Shown here one piece after another: positions 43,938 to 51,343 of a stretch of 55,791 nucleotides of DNA. A model generated the notes under the pieces. It saw only the letters and a program-made list of their open reading frames with translations. It had not been told where the DNA came from and searched no databases. The DNA lies in IMG/VR virus record IMGVR_UViG_3300027861_000003, positions 1 to 55,791 of that record; one strand, 5' to 3'. The position numbers were made by a program, and so were the translations under genes. The DNA is from a virus. Numbering within the stretch: position 1 is the stretch's first letter; each line of letters begins with the position of its first letter.

Positions 43938-44132
43938 ATGAAAGCAAAAGAATTCCTAGAGTGGTATAGGTATAGCCGAGTCGGCGGTAAAAGAATGCAT
44001 AGTAACTATGGACTTCTTAGGAAGCATAACCCATCGGTATTTAAAAAATTGGCAGATACGGGTAAGTTTAAGTATGAGAAAGATGAAATGGGAAAGGTGT
44101 TAGAGTTTCCCAAAAAGTTGGAGGAAAAATGA
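43938..44132 (+). CDS. hypothetical protein
   Basis: 64-aa ORF; AGGAGAG SD upstream. Confidence 0.5.
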   Translation: MKAKEFLEWYRYSRVGGKRMHSNYGLLRKHNPSVFKKLADTGKFKYEKDEMGKVLEFPKKLEEK

Positions 44133-44261
44133 AATCAGTATTAACGGCGGTATTATTTACTGCGATGTTTTGTTTTGTTTTACATGCATTTTTTGTAAAT
44201 GTTGGATTAATTTAATAAATAACACCCCCTATATTGAACATTATAATGGGTAAAATAAACA

Positions 44262-44290
44262 TTGACAACAACCAAAAACCATGATTTAAT
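44262..44290 (+). promoter_or_regulatory. sigma70-like promoter placed for a (near-)leaderless integrase mRNA
   Basis: TTGACA (44262-67), 17-nt spacer, TTTAAT (44285-90); ATG at 44297, i.e. 7 nt after the -10; no SD. Confidence 0.5.
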
Positions 44291-44296
44291 AGACTT

Positions 44297-45181
44297 ATGA
44301 AACTACAACACTGGCTCCTAGAGCGCAACGACAACACAAAGTACAACAACGATATCCTAACTAGATTAAACCGTTATGTACTAACTTTCTTTGGTAACAA
44401 AGATATAACCACATGGTCGCGGAATGAAAACCAACGAGCATGGCTTGACTACTTAGTAGATCTAGGCCTATCGGTATCAACCATAGAGATCTGCCGAAAC
44501 GCCGCTAATATGTATCTGAGACATAAGGCCGAGATATCCGATGGTCAATTGACCTACACATCGCTCCGACTTACGCTTCCAACACTTACCAAAAAGCGTA
44601 AGTACAAGATCGAAGTAGCTAGAAAGGCGCGAATGACCAAGAAAGATGTGGTTCGCATGGAAGGTCAATACATTAAAGATTTGGACATAGAGTTCATGTT
44701 GGCTAACTCAGAAGGTTATCTCAAGGCTCTAATTTGGATCAGTTATCATTATGGACTACGTTTGGCCGAATGTCTGGCCATACGCTCTGAGGACTATCGT
44801 AAGGACTTTTTATTGGTTAGTGTACAAGCTGCTAGTCAATACGAAGATAAGTGTTTAAAGGGTGTTTTAGCTCGTAAGGTGCCACATTTTGATGTGAGTG
44901 CTGATAACCAAAAAGAAACTTTTGAGCTTATGAAAACCATTAAAGATAATAGAGTTAATCCAACAACTGTTAGCCGCGATTTTAAGAAGCTTATGAATCA
45001 GTTAAATATGAATTATCGATTTCACGATTTGAGAGGTACTTGGATTACTAACCTTTCATTAAATGGAACAAATAGTGAGTTAATTAGACAGGCTGCTGGC
45101 CATCAGGACATGGCAACTACTCAGAGATATTTGAGAGATCCACATGTAAATGAACGCGGTAATGAACAATTTGGGAGCTAA
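44297..45181 (+). CDS. int: tyrosine recombinase / integrase
   Basis: 294 aa; ...GLRLAE... (Arg), HDLRGT (H-x-x-R), AGHQDMATTQRYL (His...Tyr) catalytic signature. Confidence 0.8.
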   Translation: MKLQHWLLERNDNTKYNNDILTRLNRYVLTFFGNKDITTWSRNENQRAWLDYLVDLGLSVSTIEICRNAANMYLRHKAEISDGQLTYTSLRLTLPTLTKKRKYKIEVARKARMTKKDVVRMEGQYIKDLDIEFMLANSEGYLKALIWISYHYGLRLAECLAIRSEDYRKDFLLVSVQAASQYEDKCLKGVLARKVPHFDVSADNQKETFELMKTIKDNRVNPTTVSRDFKKLMNQLNMNYRFHDLRGTWITNLSLNGTNSELIRQAAGHQDMATTQRYLRDPHVNERGNEQFGS

Positions 45182-45182
45182 T

Positions 45183-45812
45183 ATGAAAATAACATTTTTT
45201 TCAGATACACACACACATCATGATGACATAGTATTTCCAGAAGCTGATGTCTTAGTGTGTACTGGCGACTTCACAAATATAGGATCATTAGCTGATGTTG
45301 AAGATTTTTGTTCTTTTATGTTAAAACAACCACATGAATACAAAATAGTTATAGCTGGTAATCATGATTTTTGTTTTGAAAATAAATTTAAATCAGATGC
45401 TGAACACTTATTAAAACTAGCTGGAGTTATTTACCTAAACGACAGTGGTTGTATTATAAATGGATTTAAGTTCTGGGGAAGCCCAGTTCAACCATATTTT
45501 GGTAATTGGGCATTTAATCGTCAAAGAGGTACAGATATTAAAAAACATTGGGATTTAATACCACAAGATACTAATATACTATTAACACATGGCCCTGCAT
45601 ATGGTATATTAGATATGTGTGATCACGGAGAAAGAGTAGGTTGTCGTGAATTATTAAAGAGAATAGATGAAGTTAGACCAAAGATACATGCATTTGGTCA
45701 TATACACGAGGGATACGGTAAATTAGAACTTAAAGATATTATATTTATAAATAGTTCAATATTAGACGAAACGTATACAATAAGAAATGAACCAATAACA
45801 GTGGAGATATAA
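45183..45812 (+). CDS. calcineurin-like metallophosphoesterase
   Basis: Track ORF trimmed to the ATG at 45183; FSDTH, GDF, GNHD, THGP, GHIH motifs in canonical order. Confidence 0.8.
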   Translation: MKITFFSDTHTHHDDIVFPEADVLVCTGDFTNIGSLADVEDFCSFMLKQPHEYKIVIAGNHDFCFENKFKSDAEHLLKLAGVIYLNDSGCIINGFKFWGSPVQPYFGNWAFNRQRGTDIKKHWDLIPQDTNILLTHGPAYGILDMCDHGERVGCRELLKRIDEVRPKIHAFGHIHEGYGKLELKDIIFINSSILDETYTIRNEPITVEI

Positions 45813-45813
45813 A

Positions 45814-46329
45814 ATGGATTTAATGATAGACATCGAAACACTGGACGTAAAGCCAACTGGTGTAATAGTCTCAGTGGGAATTTGCGCATTTGACATGGAC
45901 GGTATTCATGCAAAACAATACTTTATCCTTGACGGCGAAGAACAAGTATCAAAGGGTAGAACAATCAGCTTCGATACACTCGAATGGTGGTTCCGTCAAA
46001 ATGAGGCAGTAAATAAGGCAGCATTTAACTTAACTACCCGCGGATCTGTAAAGGAATTCCTAGAAGGATTTGCTTACTTCTGTACATTACACAATGTAAA
46101 TAAAGTTTGGGCACAAGGTACCGATTTTGACTTGGCGATGATTGCAGATCTTCATCGTGACTATGATTATGAATTACCATATCAGTTTTTCCTTGCCAGA
46201 GATAGTAGGACTATGATTGATTATATGAGTAGTGAGAAGCCCGTTAGAGAAGGTGATCATCATAACGCGATGGATGATGCGGTTTATCAGGCAGAGTGTG
46301 TCATTTTGGCGCTTAAGGAGAAGGGGTAG
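45814..46329 (+). CDS. DEDDh 3'-5' exonuclease (DnaQ-like fold)
   Basis: 171 aa; IDIETLD (Exo I), GTDFD (Exo II-like), HNAMDDA (H-x4-D Exo III). Confidence 0.7.
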   Translation: MDLMIDIETLDVKPTGVIVSVGICAFDMDGIHAKQYFILDGEEQVSKGRTISFDTLEWWFRQNEAVNKAAFNLTTRGSVKEFLEGFAYFCTLHNVNKVWAQGTDFDLAMIADLHRDYDYELPYQFFLARDSRTMIDYMSSEKPVREGDHHNAMDDAVYQAECVILALKEKG

Positions 46330-46330
46330 T

Positions 46331-46495
46331 ATGGATAGTTTAACTTTACATTCAGTGATTAGTGTGGTAATTGCAGGACTAGGTGCTGTATTTTTTTACT
46401 CTAAAACAGAAAGTTTAGTCAATACTTTACTTGTTTACTATATATTAATAATGGGTTGTGCGTTACATGCCGATTATCTTGGATATTTTAATTAA
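46331..46495 (+). CDS. small membrane protein (54 aa)
   Basis: Internal ATG of track ORF 46232-46495, right after the exonuclease stop with an AAGGAGAAGGGG SD; two hydrophobic helices. Confidence 0.45.
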   Translation: MDSLTLHSVISVVIAGLGAVFFYSKTESLVNTLLVYYILIMGCALHADYLGYFN

Positions 46496-46500
46496 ACATG

Positions 46501-46529
46501 TTGACAGCTTGCTATAATTGTGAGACAAT
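46501..46529 (+). promoter_or_regulatory. Strong promoter signals at the head of the cassette array
   Basis: Extended -10 TGcTATAAT (46510-18); also TTGACA (46501-06), 17 nt, GACAAT (46524-29). Confidence 0.55.
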
Positions 46530-46552
46530 AGGTCAGGTTAATAAGCTAAAAA

Positions 46553-46575
46553 ATAGATAATACTAGGTTATCTAT
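46553..46575 (+). promoter_or_regulatory. Conserved cassette palindrome (copy H8)
   Basis: atagataa-tactagg-ttatctat; AAAGGGG follows, ATG 46592. Confidence 0.8.
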
Positions 46576-46591
46576 CAAAGGGGTATAAGTT

Positions 46592-47101
46592 ATGGAAAGT
46601 AAAGAATCTACATCATTTAGAGGTACATATAGAGATGTTAATTATTTAATAAAAAGATTTGAGTCATTTGCCCATACCAACTCTACATATGGATGGACTC
46701 ACTATATTATTATTAATCTAGATAAACATATAAAGGATAAAACCATAGCGGATAGTTTTTGGCTTAATCCCTATTATGATGATAAAAATAGAGTTTCATA
46801 TAAATATTACAACAGTATTATATCAGAAATAGAGTTTCATGGTGGATGCACTTGGTATTCAAAAGAATCTTCGCCCGATGAAAAAACGAGAGTGATTAAA
46901 ATCGGTTGTGATTATCAGCATTCATGGGATGATGGTAATGAATATACATTAAGTTATGTTGAAAATGAAGTACAAAGAACCATAGATTCTTTTTTAGAGA
47001 TAACACCAGTTTTAAAACATTGTACAGGATGTGGTGTTTTTTATGAGGATGTTACCAAAAACGGCTGTGGAAAATGTAAATATTCAACGGATAAATATTA
47101 G
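46592..47101 (+). CDS. hypothetical protein with C-terminal Cys cluster
   Basis: 169 aa; ...HCTGCGVFYEDVTKNGCGKC... Confidence 0.6.
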   Translation: MESKESTSFRGTYRDVNYLIKRFESFAHTNSTYGWTHYIIINLDKHIKDKTIADSFWLNPYYDDKNRVSYKYYNSIISEIEFHGGCTWYSKESSPDEKTRVIKIGCDYQHSWDDGNEYTLSYVENEVQRTIDSFLEITPVLKHCTGCGVFYEDVTKNGCGKCKYSTDKY

Positions 47102-47104
47102 ATG

Positions 47105-47127
47105 GTAGATAAGTATATCTTATCTAT
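47105..47127 (+). promoter_or_regulatory. Conserved cassette palindrome (copy H9, G-T closing pair)
   Basis: gtagataa-gtatatc-ttatctat. Confidence 0.7.
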
Positions 47128-47153
47128 TAGGGTTAATGATAACAGGAGTTTAT

Positions 47154-47381
47154 ATGAGTAAGGTATATGTAGTAGATAATGGCGATATGTGTATTTTTGG
47201 TGTATTTACCACTAAAGAAAAAGCCCAATATGTTTGTGATAAAATGAATTTGGACTATCCAGATAACAACGGATTTAGATTTTATATAGAAGAAAGAGAA
47301 TTAGATGTAGTAAAATCATGGATGGTAAATAAAGAATTGGATAAATTAGGGGTCAAAGTTGTGCCCGATGATAGTTATTAA
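47154..47381 (+). CDS. hypothetical protein
   Basis: Track ORF 47136 trimmed to the ATG at 47154 (MSKVYVVDNG...) with an AGGAG SD. Confidence 0.55.
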   Translation: MSKVYVVDNGDMCIFGVFTTKEKAQYVCDKMNLDYPDNNGFRFYIEERELDVVKSWMVNKELDKLGVKVVPDDSY

Positions 47382-47385
47382 AATT

Positions 47386-47408
47386 ATAGATAAATATACA
47401 TTATCTAT
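47386..47408 (+). promoter_or_regulatory. Conserved cassette palindrome (copy H10)
   Basis: atagataa-atataca-ttatctat; followed by non-coding insert A rather than by an SD and ORF. Confidence 0.8.
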
Positions 47409-47610
47409 CACACATAGTAAGTGTTAGGTATAAGAGGGCCCCGAAGTGGTTTTGGGACATTCAAATGAATTAACGGCGTAACCTGCCTCTAGTAAAAAAC
47501 GATGACCTAGGTCGTAAAGTTGAAAGCACTAAGGGTAGTCATCTCCCTTGCAAAGTAAATGATGAAGGCATAAAAGTGGTTAGGTTAACGAGCTATCGTT
47601 TTTATAAAAT
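47409..47610 (+). ncRNA. Candidate structured non-coding RNA, copy A (paralog of 50221-50360)
   Basis: No ORF; shares GTAACCTRCCTYTASTA and AGTGGTTAGGKTARCGAGCTATCG blocks with copy B; terminal hairpin ACGA-GCTA-TCGT vs GCGA-GCTA-TCGC (compensatory change). Confidence 0.35.
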
Positions 47611-47633
47611 ATAGATAAACATAAGTTATCTAT
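47611..47633 (+). promoter_or_regulatory. Conserved cassette palindrome (copy H11)
   Basis: atagataa-acataag-ttatctat. Confidence 0.8.
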
Positions 47634-47650
47634 CAAGGTAGGGTAAGTAC

Positions 47651-47824
47651 ATGGTTATACAAGTAAGTTTTGATAAAGAAAACAGTGGAATTTATTGCAT
47701 AAAACAAAAGAAAAGCTTTCAGTTATGTCTATGGTTTGTGGCTGTAAGAATTTTTTTCATGCCAGAAAGGACACTACAGCAAGTTATTTATTTAGTAGTT
47801 AAAGAAGATATAGAAAATAGATAA
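47651..47824 (+). pseudogene. 57-aa ORF resembling the decayed N-terminus of a GIY-YIG endonuclease
   Basis: MVIQVSFDKENSGIYCIKQKK...; GIY present, YIG lost in frame but a YVYG string exists in another frame; TAA stop inside the H12 arm. Confidence 0.3.
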
Positions 47825-47839
47825 TTATATATTATCTAT
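47817..47839 (+). promoter_or_regulatory. Conserved cassette palindrome (copy H12)
   Basis: atagataa-ttatata-ttatctat. Confidence 0.8.
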
Positions 47840-47867
47840 CGGGGTCAATTAAATTGGGGGGTTATAA

Positions 47868-48179
47868 ATGAACAATCATTGTGAATGTGGGGGATTTTTG
47901 GGAACGGGAAGTGTTGATGGATATGGTGGTAGATGGTGTAAATGTGTCAATCCCAAACCTACTAATAATGCGACAATCACAACCACAGGTACATATTCAA
48001 CTCGATATATCAAAACGATTGATAAGATGATCCGATCCCCTTCTCCAGATATATCTGGAGGGTGTTTTATTGAAAATGAGGTTATATATTTCAAAAATAA
48101 ACATGGACATACTAGTATGATTATTCGCATAAATGATTATAAAGATTTAATGAAAAATGATAAAAAAAAGGAGTTATAA
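47868..48179 (+). CDS. hypothetical Cys-containing protein
   Basis: 103-aa ORF; GGGGGG SD-like upstream. Confidence 0.55.
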   Translation: MNNHCECGGFLGTGSVDGYGGRWCKCVNPKPTNNATITTTGTYSTRYIKTIDKMIRSPSPDISGGCFIENEVIYFKNKHGHTSMIIRINDYKDLMKNDKKKEL

Positions 48180-48493
48180 TGGATAAAAAACAAAACAATA
48201 ATGATTTGGAAAAACCTATTGATATAATACAAATGTATAAGAATGAATTATTTGCAGCTAATAGAAAAATACTAGAACTTGAGAATAGTCATCAAAAAAT
48301 AATGACAACTGATGTAGAAGAAAAATGTTTAGAAATTTCGGGACACACGCTACTTTATAAGATACAAATGGATATCAATTTGGGGTCACTGATAGAGGTA
48401 CTAACTGTCATCAATAAAAATAATAGTCATATTGAGTTTAGAAAATTTAATGAGGAACCAGAGTATATTTATTTATATTTTGGAAATAGATAA
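48179..48493 (+). CDS. hypothetical protein
   Basis: 104-aa ORF; TAATG coupling upstream; TAA stop inside the H13 arm. Confidence 0.55.
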   Translation: MDKKQNNNDLEKPIDIIQMYKNELFAANRKILELENSHQKIMTTDVEEKCLEISGHTLLYKIQMDINLGSLIEVLTVINKNNSHIEFRKFNEEPEYIYLYFGNR

Positions 48494-48508
48494 CTATATG
48501 TTATCTAT
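48486..48508 (+). promoter_or_regulatory. Conserved cassette palindrome (copy H13)
   Basis: atagataa-ctatatg-ttatctat. Confidence 0.8.
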
Positions 48509-48525
48509 CAAACAGGAATAAGTAT

Positions 48526-48792
48526 ATGAAACTAATAGAAACCGATTATCATTATCTAGAAGATTGGCAATACCAAAGAATCTATATAGATTTTGAAACA
48601 TTAAACATACACAGAAGACAAAACAATAAAGATCAAGACGGTATGATATTCCATACGGAAGATATATTAACACAAAATGATGAAGGTTGGGTATATCTAT
48701 TCAGGGTATATGGAAGTAAAACATTGCTTAGATATCTCAAAAAAAAAGAAAATGACAATGAAAAAAATACTCACACTAACAATTTTGTATAA
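48526..48792 (+). CDS. hypothetical protein
   Basis: 88-aa ORF after hairpin plus CAGGAA. Confidence 0.55.
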   Translation: MKLIETDYHYLEDWQYQRIYIDFETLNIHRRQNNKDQDGMIFHTEDILTQNDEGWVYLFRVYGSKTLLRYLKKKENDNEKNTHTNNFV

Positions 48793-48858
48793 CATACTAT
48801 GGATTCATGGTATAAACACACCATGGTTCATATACTTACTAATCAACTAGGAGAACAA

Positions 48859-48984
48859 ATGAAATACTTCCTATTAGCACTATTCGCAGTAACAATCGCA
48901 CTAAGCTTCGCGGAAAGCTATTTACCAAAGTCTAAGGAATTAGTTCCCGCGTCTAAGATATTACTTAAAACAATGGATTATTAA
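48859..48984 (+). CDS. small signal-peptide or membrane protein (41 aa)
   Basis: Track ORF 48799 trimmed to the ATG at 48859 (MKYFLLALFAVTIALSFA...) with an AGGAG SD. Confidence 0.45.
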   Translation: MKYFLLALFAVTIALSFAESYLPKSKELVPASKILLKTMDY

Positions 48985-48985
48985 T

Positions 48986-49195
48986 ATGAAATCACTAGAC
49001 GAACAAACTGGCGGTAATCACTACAAAGATCTCGCAATACAACCGATAGAATATATTACAAAAAATAACTTGACATTCTCACAAGGAAATGTTATAAAGT
49101 ATGTAACACGCTATAAAAAGAAAAACGGCGCAGAGGATCTAAAGAAGGCCATTCATATGTTACAAATGATGCTAGATTTAGAATATGGAGAATAG
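48986..49195 (+). CDS. DUF3310-family protein
   Basis: 69 aa; GGNHY...IQPIEYI...F..GNVIKYVTRY..K.G.EDL.KA.H pattern typical of DUF3310 phage proteins. Confidence 0.6.
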   Translation: MKSLDEQTGGNHYKDLAIQPIEYITKNNLTFSQGNVIKYVTRYKKKNGAEDLKKAIHMLQMMLDLEYGE

Positions 49196-49279
49196 TATGA
49201 AAACAGCTTTATGCATCTTGGTTAAATGGTGCTTACTAGTTTACCTAATAAGCCAAGTAAAATGGACATGGGGGTTATA

Positions 49280-49480
49280 ATGAGTAGATATGACAGATTA
49301 TTAGTTTGCTTTTATATTGTATGTACACTATGTTTTTTATCGATAGGTGGCGGTATTTATTTCATTAAAAAAACCAGTGATAAGTTCACGTTTTTCCAAA
49401 CAGCACTAGATACAGCTACTTACGAATTCGATACATGTAAAAAACTTTACAAAAAAGGCTTGACTTTACCACGTAGATAG
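49280..49480 (+). CDS. small membrane protein
   Basis: Track ORF 49226 trimmed to the ATG at 49280 (MSRYDRLLVCFYIVCTLCFLSIGGGIYF...). Confidence 0.45.
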   Translation: MSRYDRLLVCFYIVCTLCFLSIGGGIYFIKKTSDKFTFFQTALDTATYEFDTCKKLYKKGLTLPRR

Positions 49481-49488
49481 GGCATAAT
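49460..49488 (+). promoter_or_regulatory. sigma70-like promoter
   Basis: TTGACT, 17-nt spacer, CATAAT; 18 nt upstream of ATG 49506. Confidence 0.5.
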
Positions 49489-49505
49489 TAGTTATAGGAG
49501 AAATC

Positions 49506-49718
49506 ATGAAACATCACCAACATTGCTTAACAACTTATAACGGCCCATGTAACTGCGAGGATCTTGAATCTGTGGTTGTATGTAGCGATTGTCACTTTGA
49601 AGTACAAGAGCTCTCATTTGAAACCGAGGGACTATCTGTATGTACAGGCTGCGGTAATATCGAACAGTCCACTGAGATCTGGACACTAGAGAAATTTGAG
49701 AAGGAGGGTTGCGCATGA
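49506..49718 (+). CDS. hypothetical Cys-rich (zinc-ribbon-like) protein
   Basis: 70 aa; CSDCHF...CTGCGN. Confidence 0.55.
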   Translation: MKHHQHCLTTYNGPCNCEDLESVVVCSDCHFEVQELSFETEGLSVCTGCGNIEQSTEIWTLEKFEKEGCA

Positions 49719-49936
49719 AAATAATAGAGAGAGCTAAAGAAATAGATAAATTAAATCAAGTGGAAGTTCCTTATTTCTGTTGGGTATTATTTGGAGATGC
49801 AGCTAAGAACATTACCATATCAGATTCAAGTCAGATATGTTTAGGTGAAGATTATAAATCTATCGACGAAATTAGGGCAGCATTAGATTGGTATGCCGAT
49901 CAGTTTGGTGGTAAAATTAAATGGAGTAAAAAATGA
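49709..49936 (+). CDS. hypothetical protein
   Basis: 75-aa ORF overlapping its neighbours by 10 and 4 nt. Confidence 0.55.
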   Translation: MRMKIIERAKEIDKLNQVEVPYFCWVLFGDAAKNITISDSSQICLGEDYKSIDEIRAALDWYADQFGGKIKWSKK

Positions 49937-50220
49937 AATTAAGACTAGGTGTAGGAGAAGCGATAATTGGTATAAATAAACCTGATCATAAACCAAATCC
50001 AGAATTGACGTTCCGACAAGGAATAGTAGAAGGTGTGGTAGGGAGAACAATTGAAGGTAGAACACTTACCCCACCTGATTTCACACTAGAAATAGTTGGA
50101 CTAGATGGATTAGTTGTTTTAGAAGAAATAATTAGGAAAGCAAGAGAGGTTCTAGAGCAGGAAGAACAATTTCTAATCACAATGGTTAACATTGAAAATT
50201 TACTAAGTAAATATGAATAA
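49933..50220 (+). CDS. hypothetical protein
   Basis: 95-aa ORF, ATGA overlap upstream. Confidence 0.55.
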   Translation: MKLRLGVGEAIIGINKPDHKPNPELTFRQGIVEGVVGRTIEGRTLTPPDFTLEIVGLDGLVVLEEIIRKAREVLEQEEQFLITMVNIENLLSKYE

Positions 50221-50360
50221 TGTAACACCGGAACTGATAATTCGGAGTTAGTTGCAAAAGGTGTAACCTACCTTTACTATAGGTGTGATAGAACTCAATC
50301 CATCCCCTACTATAGAAAAAGTAAGAGTTCCAGTGGTTAGGGTAGCGAGCTATCGCCATT
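50221..50360 (+). ncRNA. Candidate structured non-coding RNA, copy B (paralog of 47409-47610)
   Basis: No credible ORF (the minus-strand 50186-50410 ORF is low-complexity); conserved blocks at 50263-50279 and 50332-50355 shared with copy A. Confidence 0.35.
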
Positions 50361-50383
50361 ATAGATAATAGTATGTTATCTAT
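50361..50383 (+). promoter_or_regulatory. Conserved cassette palindrome (copy H14)
   Basis: atagataa-tagtatg-ttatctat; GGGAG follows, ATG 50401. Confidence 0.8.
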
Positions 50384-50400
50384 CACAGGGAGATAAGTAT

Positions 50401-50559
50401 ATGAAAACATATAAATTTATAATTAGTACCGGATTCTTAAATTGTGACTATGAAGAAGAAATGGAATTTGAAGATGACGTTACAGATGAAGAATTGACAA
50501 ACACTTTACGAGATTTTTTGTATGAAAATATAGATGTTAGATATGAACAAGTAAAATAG
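50401..50559 (+). CDS. small acidic protein (52 aa, below the ORF-track cutoff)
   Basis: Hand translation MKTYKFIISTGFLNCDYEEEMEFEDDVTDEELTNTLRDFLYENIDVRYEQVK; TAG stop inside the H15 arm. Confidence 0.5.
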   Translation: MKTYKFIISTGFLNCDYEEEMEFEDDVTDEELTNTLRDFLYENIDVRYEQVK

Positions 50560-50578
50560 ATAATCATAAATTATCTAT
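50556..50578 (+). promoter_or_regulatory. Conserved cassette palindrome (copy H15)
   Basis: atagataa-tcataaa-ttatctat. Confidence 0.8.
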
Positions 50579-50607
50579 CGAGATTAATAAAAATAAGGAG
50601 TTATGAG

Positions 50608-50799
50608 ATGGTTATGATTGTTAAAAGAGAACCAGATTCATCAGTAAATAAAGAAGAAATATGTAGTAAATGTGGGGTTACATTGTCCTATGTACCAAAT
50701 GATGTCATAGAAGATTACACAACAGATTATACAGGCGGTAGGGATGATTACAACTATATTAAATGCCCTAATTGTGGAAGTAAACTTAAAGTTTATTAA
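50608..50799 (+). CDS. zinc-ribbon protein
   Basis: 63 aa; CSKCG...CPNCG; AAGGAG SD. Confidence 0.6.
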   Translation: MVMIVKREPDSSVNKEEICSKCGVTLSYVPNDVIEDYTTDYTGGRDDYNYIKCPNCGSKLKVY

Positions 50800-50817
50800 T
50801 TAACGGGGAGAAATAAA

Positions 50818-50955
50818 ATGAAGTACTTAAGCATACTATTAACACTTGCCGCTGGTGTATCTTACTTTGGTTTTGATATAGAAGTTTTTTCATACGGGAG
50901 TTTAATTATATTTCTATTTTTAGCTGAATTACTTAGTCTAAAATCAGAATATTAA
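50818..50955 (+). CDS. small membrane protein (45 aa, below the ORF-track cutoff)
   Basis: Hand translation MKYLSILLTLAAGVSYFGFDIEVFSYGSLIIFLFLAELLSLKSEY; GGGGAG SD. Confidence 0.45.
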   Translation: MKYLSILLTLAAGVSYFGFDIEVFSYGSLIIFLFLAELLSLKSEY

Positions 50956-50957
50956 TT

Positions 50958-50980
50958 ATAGATAACTCAGTCTTATCTAT
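50958..50980 (+). promoter_or_regulatory. Conserved cassette palindrome (copy H16)
   Basis: atagataa-ctcagtc-ttatctat; AAAGGAG follows. Confidence 0.8.
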
Positions 50981-51040
50981 CAAAAGGAGATAATATGTCG
51001 AAATTATTAAAACCAATAAATATGGTATTAAGGGGAAATT

Positions 51041-51331
51041 ATGCAAAATTACTTCGAATGGGTTAAAGAAAATCCAAGAACATCGAAAGATACGGTAGGT
51101 ACATATTCATTAAAGGTTTGGGAATATCAACAACAGAAAGTGGAAAGACTAAAAAATACTAGCAAATATATAGGAAAGACGGTCCAAGTAAAAGATCGAA
51201 ACGATGGAATAATCGTCGGAACATCACAGCGATATAACGGCACTTGGGTTATACTTATTGATGGAATAAATGAAGAAATTCATGATTGTAATGTAACAAA
51301 AGATGGTTTATTTTTAGAACACACACCATAA
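51041..51331 (+). CDS. hypothetical protein
   Basis: 96-aa ORF; AAGGGGA SD. Confidence 0.55.
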   Translation: MQNYFEWVKENPRTSKDTVGTYSLKVWEYQQQKVERLKNTSKYIGKTVQVKDRNDGIIVGTSQRYNGTWVILIDGINEEIHDCNVTKDGLFLEHTP

Positions 51332-51343
51332 CCAAAGGAAACC

